Shown here: one piece after another, positions 56,419 to 64,000 of the stretch
How positions within the stretch are numbered: the first letter of the stretch is position 1
Layout of the letters: every line of letters starts with the position of its first letter
NCBI GenBank assembly: GCA_964588985.1
Contig: CAZPQW010000005.1
Coordinates: 1-64,000, forward strand
Direction: 5' to 3'
From: an uncultured Solirubrobacteraceae bacterium
Lineage (GTDB): Bacteria; Actinomycetota; Thermoleophilia; Solirubrobacterales; Solirubrobacteraceae
DNA length: 64,000 nucleotides
Notes under the pieces: model-generated
The model's database searches: none
Told to the model about the DNA's origin: nothing
Seen by the model: the letters and a program-made list of their open reading frames with translations, nothing else
Program-made: the position numbers and the translations under genes

Positions 56419-57204
56419 CTACTGCAGCAGCTTCAGGACGGCGTCCGGGAGCTGGTTGGCCTGTGCCAGGATCGACACGCCAGCCTGCTGCAGGACCTGG
56501 AGCTTGGTGAATTTGGTCATTTCCGTCGCCATGTTCACGTCGACGATGCCGCTGACCGCTGACTGGAGGTTCTGGGAGTAGACTTCCAGGTTCGCCTCGG
56601 TGTACTGGATGCGGTTCTGAACCGAACCGAATTCACCGGCCGCCGTGGCGACTTTGCCGATCGCTTCGTCGATGCTTTTGATCGATTTGAGTTCCGCGCC
56701 GCTGGTTGCACCTTCGAGTTCCAGCGTTTTCACGGCGATCACTTCTTCGTCGTTCGCGCCGACCTGGAAGGAGATCGTCACGGCTTCGGAGAGCAGCTTG
56801 ACTTCGTTGAACTTCGTCGTTTCGCCGACGCGCTTGATCTCTTCTTTGAGCTGCGTGGCCTCAGCTTCGATCGCTTCCTTGTCCGATTCCGAGGTCGTGC
56901 CGTTGGCGTACTGCACCGCGAGCTCACGAACACGCTGAAGCATCTGCGTGACGTCGTTCAGGGAGCCCTGAGCGGTCTGCGCGAGCGAGACCGCGTCCTG
57001 GCTGTTCAGCGTCGCCTGGTTCAGGCCGTTGACCTGGCCCTGCAGACGCTGGCTGATGGCGTAGCCGGCGACATCGTCGGCCGCCGAGTTGATGCGCAGA
57101 CCCGAAGACAGGCGCGTCATCGACATCGCCAGCGAGCTCTCGGTCTGGTTCAGGTTCCTCGAGGCGTTCATCGCCTCTACGTTTGTGTTGATCGTCAGGC
57201 CCAT
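56419..57204 (-). CDS. fliC: Flagellin (minimal, 261 aa)
   Basis: INTN, RLSSGLRINSAADD, QVGAN, GSVQNRI, DVNMATEM, QQAGVSILAQANQ. Confidence 0.97.
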   Translation of the reverse strand: MGLTINTNVEAMNASRNLNQTESSLAMSMTRLSSGLRINSAADDVAGYAISQRLQGQVNGLNQATLNSQDAVSLAQTAQGSLNDVTQMLQRVRELAVQYANGTTSESDKEAIEAEATQLKEEIKRVGETTKFNEVKLLSEAVTISFQVGANDEEVIAVKTLELEGATSGAELKSIKSIDEAIGKVATAAGEFGSVQNRIQYTEANLEVYSQNLQSAVSGIVDVNMATEMTKFTKLQVLQQAGVSILAQANQLPDAVLKLLQ

Positions 57205-57208
57205 GCGT

Positions 57209-57262
57209 TCATCTCCTTGATGACGGTTTTGTTGTCGGGTCCCGAATCGACTCCATGTCGAT
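57209..57262 (-). promoter_or_regulatory. Two CsrA-type GGA-loop hairpins in the flagellin 5' leader
   Basis: Minus strand ATCGAC-ATGGA-GTCGAT (57246-57262) and TCATC-AAGGA-GATGA (57209-57223, overlapping the SD). Confidence 0.7.
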
Positions 57263-57271
57263 CCACGCTGA

Positions 57272-57299
57272 TTATCGTCAGCGTGGAGGGAAACTTGAG
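57272..57299 (-). promoter_or_regulatory. Sigma-28-type promoter of flagellin
   Basis: Minus strand CTCAAG-N14-GACGATAA. Confidence 0.75.
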
Positions 57300-57368
57300 G
57301 AGGGACTTCCTCTCATCGGCGTGATTCCCGTCGCGCCTGCGATTTCCTCCATAAGAATCCCCTCGTAA

Positions 57369-57590
57369 TCAGACCCGAACGTCGATGTGGGGGTACCCGT
57401 CGTCGTCCTCCGAGGAGCCATCCTCGTCTGGATCGTGCGCCCTGCGATAGGCCGGGTCGCGCCGCTGCTGGCGCTCGTCGTGCGTCGGACGATCGCGCTC
57501 GCGACTGATCCGCTCCAGACGCTCCACCGGGAGCAGCGTGGAGCGTGAGATCAGTGGCGGTCCCGGCGCGATCGGGTGGATCGGATCCAC
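57369..57590 (-). CDS. Small hypothetical protein in the flagellar operon
   Basis: Co-oriented ORF 16 nt after the upstream gene; charged; ends HIDVRV. Confidence 0.5.
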   Translation of the reverse strand: MDPIHPIAPGPPLISRSTLLPVERLERISRERDRPTHDERQQRRDPAYRRAHDPDEDGSSEDDDGYPHIDVRV

Positions 57591-57605
57591 GGTCGTTCAG
57601 CCCGC

Positions 57606-58070
57606 CTAGGAGGCGACCCTCTGGCCGGGACGATCTGCGGCCTGGATCGCGTTCAGCAGCTGCTGCTCGCGTGCCTTGATCTCGAGGATCACGAGGCGGC
57701 GCCACACGAACACCGCCGCCGCCCACACCGCCACGTAGCAGACGACCCCCGCCACGAGCGCGCGCATCGCCGCTTCGGCGAGCGTGCCGATCGGCAGCGA
57801 CAGGTAGCCGCCCACGAGAAAGCCTCCGAGACCGCCCCAGCTCTTCGCGCGCGCGACCGCACGCGAAGCGCGCGGGTGCGCCGCCACGCTCGGACCGTCC
57901 CCCACGACCTCCGCCGCCGCGCCCTTGCCCTTCTTGTCCTTGCCGCCCTTCTTGTCCTTCGCGCCCTTGTCGGCCTTCGGCTTCTCCTTTGCGGCCTTCA
58001 CCTCCGGTGCTTTGACCGGAGCGGCGGTCTCCGCGGCTGGGGGCTCCATCACAGCCGTGTCAGCTGCCAT
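57606..58070 (-). CDS. Hypothetical membrane protein with Lys-rich N-terminus
   Basis: Overlaps the PilZ stop; GGAGGA RBS; two TM helices. Confidence 0.7.
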   Translation of the reverse strand: MAADTAVMEPPAAETAAPVKAPEVKAAKEKPKADKGAKDKKGGKDKKGKGAAAEVVGDGPSVAAHPRASRAVARAKSWGGLGGFLVGGYLSLPIGTLAEAAMRALVAGVVCYVAVWAAAVFVWRRLVILEIKAREQQLLNAIQAADRPGQRVAS

Positions 58071-58722
58071 AACCGTCCTCCATCAGACCCCGGCGGCGTT
58101 CCGCTCTCTGCGACTCGAAGATGAAGCGCACGAGGCGCCTGCGGTCGAAGTCGCTGATCCCCTCGAATTCCACCGCGCGCCGGCCCCTGGAATCGGTTCG
58201 CACGACCTTCCCGGTGCCCGAGATGGCGTTGTCGCCCGGGGTGAGCGTGAGCTGGAACTTGACCTCCTCGCCGACCTTCAGCGTGTCCGGCCCCGCGAGC
58301 AGGAAGCCGCCGCCGCTGAGATCGACGGTGTAGCTGCGGATCTGCATCCTGTCACCGCCCGCATACACGAGCACCGGGCGCGCGGACTTGATGCGCACGA
58401 ACTCGCGCTCCTGGAGTACCTCCACCGAATACGGGCCGGTGACATGCAGCACGTCGGGCTCGGAGTGGTCCGGAATCTCGAACTCTCCGCGCAGGCGCGC
58501 GCGACCGCGGGCGCCCTCGAACTCCAGCACCATGCCCTTGAGCTCGCGGGCGCTGAGCGACTTCATCGGCACGACGATCGCGACCGCGAGCGTATCGATG
58601 CCACGTTCCAAGACGCGCGCTGGAATCCGCTCGCCCGAGGGCACCGCGAGCGTCACGGTGTCGAAGCGCTCCGGCAGCGCGACCGGCTTGGATGCGTCGT
58701 TCTTGGAGCGCCCGAACTTCAT
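58060..58722 (-). CDS. PilZ-domain c-di-GMP-binding protein (flagellar brake-like)
   Basis: REFVR (RxxxR) and DLSGGG (DxSxxG); ATG 58722 overlaps the flhF-like stop. Confidence 0.88.
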   Translation of the reverse strand: MKFGRSKNDASKPVALPERFDTVTLAVPSGERIPARVLERGIDTLAVAIVVPMKSLSARELKGMVLEFEGARGRARLRGEFEIPDHSEPDVLHVTGPYSVEVLQEREFVRIKSARPVLVYAGGDRMQIRSYTVDLSGGGFLLAGPDTLKVGEEVKFQLTLTPGDNAISGTGKVVRTDSRGRRAVEFEGISDFDRRRLVRFIFESQRAERRRGLMEDGYGS

Positions 58723-60191
58723 TGCAGTAGTTTCCCCGCGAGCCCAGTCGGATCGATTCGACTCAGCCGCCAGCCGCCCGTGCGACCGCGGTCGAGCATG
58801 TACTCGGGCGCGAGACCGAACCTGCAGGCGGCCTCGATCGCGACGCCGATCTGGTCGGTCTCGTCGGCGTGGGTGAGCGCCAACGCGTTCGCCTCCAGCG
58901 GCGCGAGCGCCTCGAGCAGCTGCGCCGCCGCGGCCGCGCCGAGCGTCGCGGGCAGCGCCACCAGCACGCGCTCGGGCTTCAGCTCGCCCAGCAGGCTCGC
59001 CAGCTCGCGGATGCCCGCGCGGTCGGCGGGCGAGGCGCGCGGAGTGTCGATCACCGCGAGGCCGTCGACCTTCGCCCTGCGCATAGCGCGCAGCGCGCGC
59101 GGATTGCTCGCGGGGATCGCGTTCATGATCTTCGGGCTGAGGATCATCTGCAGCTCGCCGTGGTCGTCCACGCGGCTGAGCGTCGCGCAGCTCGCGGGCA
59201 GCGCTCCGCTCGTGCGGTAGGCGCCCAGCAGCGCCGCGCAGCACGTCGTCTTTCCCGCTCCGCCCGCGCCGACGAGCGCGATCGACGCGCCCTTCGCCGA
59301 CAACGGCGCGAGGACCGGTATCCGCTGCGCGAGCGTGGTACGCACGGCCTGCGCGAGCCCCGCGCGGGGCGCGAACGGCAGCGCGTGCGCGGCGGCGGCG
59401 TCGATCAGCTCCTGTGCGAGCTCCTCGCCGATGCCATAGCGGCGCAGGCTCTTCTCCACGCCCGCGCGAGCGCGGGCGTGCGACCCGGGCGCGACCGTGC
59501 GACGCTCGAACGTGCGCGGGAGCTCCTCGCGCAGGGGTGCGGGCGGCGGTGGAGGCGGCGGCTCGGCGGCGAACGCGGGACTGGGCGCGTATGGCCGCGG
59601 GATGTCTCTCGGGATCAGCTCCTGGAAGTCCATCGCAGGCGGCGCCGGCGCGCGCGGCGCTTCGGGCACCAGCGGGGGGTGAGAGATCTGCGAGCGCTCC
59701 GCGCGGGCGAGCGCCGCCAGGTGGGCGGTCACGTACGCGCTTCCGCCGGCGGGCGACGCGGCTGGTTCACGCGTGAAGAACGGCGCCTGGGCAGGCGTGG
59801 AGACCGGCGCCGAACTGGTCCGCACGGGCGGAGGCGGGGGCTGTGCGAGCGGCGGGGAGCGCACTTCGGGAGCGGGCGGCGTGGGCGCGAGGAAGCTCGG
59901 CTGGATCGGCGGCGGCGCGAGCGGAGGCGACGGCGCATACGCCGGCGCGGGCGGCGGCGGCGGCGCATACGCCGGCGCGGGCGGCGGCGGTGCGACGCTC
60001 TCAGCCTCGTCGTAGAGGTCGACGCGTGCGGGGCCGGGCATCGCCTCGATCTCCACGTAGGGGCGCTGGAAGAAGCCGAGCACCCCGCCGGTGAGGCCCT
60101 CGCGGCGGCGCACGATGATCGCGTCCGCGCCGAGCTCCTGCTGGATCTGCGGGATCAGCTCGTCGACGGTGCGCCCGCGGTAGATGCTCAT
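58719..60191 (-). CDS. flhF: FlhF-like SRP-family protein with degenerate GTPase motifs and a long Pro-rich linker
   Basis: N-terminus YRGRT...IQQELGADAII; GAGGAGKTT; IDTP; LTHADET; located directly after flhA. Confidence 0.75.
   Translation of the reverse strand: MSIYRGRTVDELIPQIQQELGADAIIVRRREGLTGGVLGFFQRPYVEIEAMPGPARVDLYDEAESVAPPPPAPAYAPPPPPAPAYAPSPPLAPPPIQPSFLAPTPPAPEVRSPPLAQPPPPPVRTSSAPVSTPAQAPFFTREPAASPAGGSAYVTAHLAALARAERSQISHPPLVPEAPRAPAPPAMDFQELIPRDIPRPYAPSPAFAAEPPPPPPPAPLREELPRTFERRTVAPGSHARARAGVEKSLRRYGIGEELAQELIDAAAAHALPFAPRAGLAQAVRTTLAQRIPVLAPLSAKGASIALVGAGGAGKTTCCAALLGAYRTSGALPASCATLSRVDDHGELQMILSPKIMNAIPASNPRALRAMRRAKVDGLAVIDTPRASPADRAGIRELASLLGELKPERVLVALPATLGAAAAAQLLEALAPLEANALALTHADETDQIGVAIEAACRFGLAPEYMLDRGRTGGWRLSRIDPTGLAGKLLQ
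59931..59990. repeat. Perfect 2 x 30-bp tandem repeat inside the flhF-like gene
   Basis: CGGCGCATACGCCGGCGCGGGCGGCGGCGG twice; encodes PPPPAPAYAP x2. Confidence 0.85.
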
Positions 60192-62263
60192 GCGTGGATG
60201 ACTCCCACGGTTTCAACGCTGATCCCGGGCGAGATCTCGTTGTAGGAGCACACCGCGAGGTGCGGCTGGGCCTGCGCGATCAGGCGGCGCAGGTGGCGGC
60301 GGATGCGCGCCGAGCACAGCAGAACCGGGCTGCGCCCGCCGGTGCTGCGGGCGGCGGCGTGCTCGACCTGGGCGCGCAGCGCCGCGACGATCGCCTGCGC
60401 GCGCGGCGGGTCCATCGCGAGGTACTCCCCATCGGTCGTCTGGGTGATCGAGATGGAGACCTCCTGCTCGATTGCGGGGTCTAGGGTTATCGCTTGCAGG
60501 CGCAACTGCTCGTCCAGGTGTGGAGCGGTGATCGCCCGGCCGAGAGCCTGGCGAGCGTACTCCGATAGGAGGCTTGTGTCTCGTGTTGTTCGAGCCTTGT
60601 CGCCGATTGCCTCCACGATTGTGCCGAGATCGCGGATCGGGACGCCCTCCGACAGCAGCGACTGCAGCACCCGCTGGATCTCTCCGAGCGACAGCGCGTC
60701 GGGCACGACCTCTTCGACGACCGCCGCGTTGGTCTCCTTGAGACGGTCCAGCAGCGTGCGCACGTCCTGGCGCGTGAGCAGCTCGGCGGCGTGCGAGCGG
60801 ATCGTCTCGGTCAGGTGGGTGACGATCACCGACTCGGCGTCCACGACGGTGTAGCCGAGCGACTCGGCCTCCGCGCGGGCGGACTCGTGCACCCACACCG
60901 CCTCCAGGCCGAACGCCGGCTCGCGCGTGGGGATGCCCTGCAGCGTGCCGCTCGCGTCGCCGGGGTCCATCGCGAGCAGGTGCCCCGGCATGATCCGTCC
61001 GCGCGTGACCTCCGAGCCGCGCACCTTGAGCACGTACTCGTGCGATTCCATGCCGAGCTCGTCGTGGATGCGCACGGGCGGGATCACGATCCCGAGGTCG
61101 CCCGCGATCTGGCGGCGGATCAGGCTCACACGGCGCAGCAGCGAGCTGGCGGCCCCGCCGTCGACGAGCGGCACGAGGCCGAAGCCGATCGCGAGCTCGA
61201 GCGCGTCGACGCCCACCTCGCCGATCGGCTCCGCGCCCGACGCCGGCAGCGCGGCCTTGGCGTCCTTCGCGGCCATCGCCGCCTTGTCGGCGTCGGTGGC
61301 GCCGGGCAGGCCGTTGCGCACGCCCCACGCGACCGCGCCGAAGATCGCCGCGATGAACAGGAACGGCAGCTTCGGCAGCCCGGGGACGAGCGCGAACAGG
61401 CCGATCGCGCAGGCGGCCACGAGCGGCGCCTTGCGCTGGCCGAGGATCTGGTTGGCGATGTCTGAGCCGAGGTCGCGGTCGGAGGCGGCGCGGGTGACGA
61501 TGATGCCCGTCGCGACGGAGATCAGCAGCGCGGGAATCTGCGCGGCGAGGCCGTCCCCGACGGTCAGCAGCGAGTACTGCTGGGTCGCTTCGGTGAAGCC
61601 CAGCCCATGCTGGAGCATGCCCACGATGATCCCGCCGATGAGGTTGATCGCGGTGATGATCAGCGCGGCCATCGCGTCGCCTTTGACGAACTTCGACGCG
61701 CCGTCCATCGCGCCGTAGAAGTCGGCCTCTCGAGCGATTTCAGAGCGTCGCGCGCGCGCCTGGTCGTCGGTGATGAGGCCCGCGTTGAGGTCGGCGTCGA
61801 TCGCCATCTGCTTGCCCGGCATCGCGTCGAGGGTGAAGCGCGCGCCGACCTCCGCGACGCGTCCGGCGCCGTTGGTGACGACCACGAACTGGATCACCAC
61901 GAGGATCAGGAAGATCACGAGGCCGACGATCACGTTGCCGCCGACGACGAACGAGCCGAACGCCTTGACCACGCTGCCAGCTTCGCCGGAGGTGAGGATC
62001 AGGCGCGTGACCGACACGTTGATCGCGAGGCGGAACATCGTGGTGAGCAGCAGCAGCGACGGGAACGACGCGAAGTCGAGCGCCTTGCCGAGGTACATCG
62101 TGGCGACGACCACCGTCAGCGCGGCGGAGATGTTGATCGTGATCAGCAGGTCGAGCAGCGCCGCGGGCAGCGGCACGACGAGCATCGTCACCACGCACAC
62201 GACGGCGACCGCGGCGAGCAGGTCGGTGTGGCGCAGGAGCCGCTTTATGCCCTCGCTGTTCAC
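60188..62263 (-). CDS. flhA: Flagellar export protein FlhA
   Basis: RVAEVGARFTLDAMPGKQMAIDADL, FYGAMDGASKFVKGD, GDGL; GTG 62263 overlaps the flhB stop. Confidence 0.96.
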   Translation of the reverse strand: MNSEGIKRLLRHTDLLAAVAVVCVVTMLVVPLPAALLDLLITINISAALTVVVATMYLGKALDFASFPSLLLLTTMFRLAINVSVTRLILTSGEAGSVVKAFGSFVVGGNVIVGLVIFLILVVIQFVVVTNGAGRVAEVGARFTLDAMPGKQMAIDADLNAGLITDDQARARRSEIAREADFYGAMDGASKFVKGDAMAALIITAINLIGGIIVGMLQHGLGFTEATQQYSLLTVGDGLAAQIPALLISVATGIIVTRAASDRDLGSDIANQILGQRKAPLVAACAIGLFALVPGLPKLPFLFIAAIFGAVAWGVRNGLPGATDADKAAMAAKDAKAALPASGAEPIGEVGVDALELAIGFGLVPLVDGGAASSLLRRVSLIRRQIAGDLGIVIPPVRIHDELGMESHEYVLKVRGSEVTRGRIMPGHLLAMDPGDASGTLQGIPTREPAFGLEAVWVHESARAEAESLGYTVVDAESVIVTHLTETIRSHAAELLTRQDVRTLLDRLKETNAAVVEEVVPDALSLGEIQRVLQSLLSEGVPIRDLGTIVEAIGDKARTTRDTSLLSEYARQALGRAITAPHLDEQLRLQAITLDPAIEQEVSISITQTTDGEYLAMDPPRAQAIVAALRAQVEHAAARSTGGRSPVLLCSARIRRHLRRLIAQAQPHLAVCSYNEISPGISVETVGVIHA

Positions 62264-63330
62264 GACGCGAGCCTCCGACGTCCGGCCAGGCGGTAGACGA
62301 ACGCGAGCACCCGCGCGACCGCGGCGTACATTTCTTCGGGAATCATCTGGCCGACCTCCGTGGATTGGTGCAGGGCACGTGCGAGCGGCGGGTCGGGCAC
62401 GATCGGCACGTCGTTCTCCTCGGCGATCCGCCGGATCTGCAGGGCGACGAGGTCCTTGCCCTTGGCGACGACCTCGGGGGCGGTGCGCGTGCCGTCGTAG
62501 CGCAGCGCCACGGCGTAATGGGTGGGGTTGGTGACGACCACGTCGGCGTCGGGGACGGCCGCCATCATGCGCGAGCGCGCGAGCTGCATCTGGCGGCGGC
62601 GCAGCGCGGCCCTGACCTCCGCGGAGACCCCGTACTGGCGTGTCTCGTCCTTGACCTGCTGCTTGGTCATCTTCAGCTGTTGCTCGTGGCGGTGGCGCTT
62701 CCACGCGTAGTCGATCAGCCCGATCGCGAGGTAGGCGAAGGCGGCGTGCTGGGCGATCGAGGAGGCGCGCTGCCCGAACAGCACACCGAGCGCGGAGGGC
62801 GAGATGCCCACCTGCGAGGAGAGGTCGGTCAGGCCCGGGAGCAGGGCGAGCGCGGCAAACGCGGCCACCACACCGACCTTGGCGATCGTCTTGATCGTTT
62901 CGAACACGAGGTTGGGACCGAGCAGGTTCTTCAGCCCGGATGCGGGGTTGATGCGGCGGAAGTCCGGTTTGAGCACGTGCGCGGTCGGCCTGAAGCCGAC
63001 CTGGGCGACGCCGGCGACGACGCCCGCGACCATGCACGTGCCGGCGATCGGCCCGACCGTGATCAGGATCGTGGTGAGCATCGAGTGCATCAGTTCGCTC
63101 AGCCCCGCGGCGCTCGTCGCCCGCCCCGGATGGGCGATCTCGCCGAGGATCTCGCGGAAGCTCGACGCGCCCTCCTGCACGATCCGCGGGCCCATCAGGC
63201 TGACGGCGAGCAGCCCCGCGACGACCACGACCGAGCCGCCGAGCTCGGCGCTGCGCGCGACCTGCCCCTTCTCTCGGGCGCGCTGGCGATGCTTCGGTGT
63301 CGGCTTCTCTGTGCGGTCGTCGTTGGCCAT
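62260..63330 (-). CDS. flhB: Flagellar export protein FlhB
   Basis: TEKPT, VVTNPTHYAVALRY, VVAKG, PPLARAL. Confidence 0.96.
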   Translation of the reverse strand: MANDDRTEKPTPKHRQRAREKGQVARSAELGGSVVVVAGLLAVSLMGPRIVQEGASSFREILGEIAHPGRATSAAGLSELMHSMLTTILITVGPIAGTCMVAGVVAGVAQVGFRPTAHVLKPDFRRINPASGLKNLLGPNLVFETIKTIAKVGVVAAFAALALLPGLTDLSSQVGISPSALGVLFGQRASSIAQHAAFAYLAIGLIDYAWKRHRHEQQLKMTKQQVKDETRQYGVSAEVRAALRRRQMQLARSRMMAAVPDADVVVTNPTHYAVALRYDGTRTAPEVVAKGKDLVALQIRRIAEENDVPIVPDPPLARALHQSTEVGQMIPEEMYAAVARVLAFVYRLAGRRRLAS

Positions 63331-63333
63331 CGA

Positions 63334-64000
63334 TCACGCCACGTGCATCGCGCCGAGGGCGGCGCCTACGCTCACCGACAGCTGGTCGGAGATCCAGTTG
63401 GACACGAACGGCAGCGACGCCCCGACGACGAGCAGCGCGACCGCGACCTTGGTGGGGAAGCCGATCGCGAACACGTTCATCTGCGGCACCACGCGCGAGA
63501 CGATCCCGAACGCGACGTCGGTGATCAGCAGCGCGACGAGCACCGGCGCGGCGATCTCGAGGGCGGCGGCGAACACGTTCGAGAACACGTGCTCGGCGCC
63601 GCCGACGAGCGATTTCATCTCCGGCGCCTGGGTGAGGGGAACGAGCTGGAAGGTCCGTCCGAGACCCCGCAGCGTCCACGCGTCGCCGCCGATGACGAGG
63701 AAGATGAGCGTGCCCACGAGCGAGTAGAAGCGCGAGATCACGGCGCTCTGCTCGCCGTTCATGGGGTTGATGAGGCTGCCGTAGGAGAAACCAGAGACGA
63801 CGTCGATGACCGCTCCCGCGGATTCGAGCGCCGCCATCAGCACGGCGAGCGTGAACGCGAACGCGAGGCCCACGAGCATCCCCTCGACGACCATGCCGGC
63901 GAGCAGCAGCGGCTGGTTGGGCACGTGCTGGCCCTGCATCGCGATCGGCGTGAGCCCCACGGCGATCGCCACCGCGACGATCCCGCGCACGCGCGGCGGG
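63334..64000 (-). CDS. fliR: Flagellar biosynthesis protein FliR (5' end beyond the window)
   Basis: AG..ID..SGF, AAP, SRVVPQMNVFAIGFP; frame stays open to the window edge. Confidence 0.92.
   Translation of the reverse strand, partial: PPRVRGIVAVAIAVGLTPIAMQGQHVPNQPLLLAGMVVEGMLVGLAFAFTLAVLMAALESAGAVIDVVSGFSYGSLINPMNGEQSAVISRFYSLVGTLIFLVIGGDAWTLRGLGRTFQLVPLTQAPEMKSLVGGAEHVFSNVFAAALEIAAPVLVALLITDVAFGIVSRVVPQMNVFAIGFPTKVAVALLVVGASLPFVSNWISDQLSVSVGAALGAMHVA

Noticed and set aside
60188-63679. 1,163-aa ORF suggesting a giant FlhA fusion
   Set aside because: The N-terminal ~470 aa is an off-frame read through flhB/fliR; real FlhA starts at GTG 62263, overlapping the flhB stop.

Overview
High-GC actinobacterial chromosome segment. 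The gene content (paralogous secreted proteins, tandem-TetR regulators, fused PafBC-like WYL protein, flagellar genes) suggests Thermoleophilia/Solirubrobacterales; this is an inference. Housekeeping and known loci: ferredoxin, amidase, citrate synthase, groESL with a CIRCE plus a second CIRCE-like repeat, Crp-NUDIX-ASCH, long-form Lhr divergent from a dCTP deaminase, dTDP-rhamnose genes (rfbA-rfbD-rfbB), non-discriminating AspRS and ValRS, an aa3-type oxidase operon, and the end of a flagellar cluster (fliR-flhB-flhA-flhF-like-PilZ, flagellin, CHAP hydrolase). No rRNA, tRNA, CRISPR array or transposase was recognised. The best candidate for an undescribed system is a cell-surface protein plus glycosylation system with two parts. 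(i) A module occurs twice: a secreted 'ATPTGE(F/W)AVFAQCPL' protein divergent from a DUF2142-like GT-C glycosyltransferase, whose accessory extracytoplasmic domain is a separate gene in one copy and fused in the other. (ii) A lower-GC three-gene cassette encodes a small secreted beta-rich subunit, a stem-loop, a beta-propeller with a Cys/basic tail and a 1,100-aa Cys-rich protein, laid out like a fimbrial or surface-fibre operon. Also notable: CsrA-type GGA hairpins and a sigma-28-type promoter in the flagellin leader, a CuA-variant cupredoxin heading the oxidase operon, and a codon-anomalous patch inside flhA. All product calls come from motif recognition by eye; no database searches were run.
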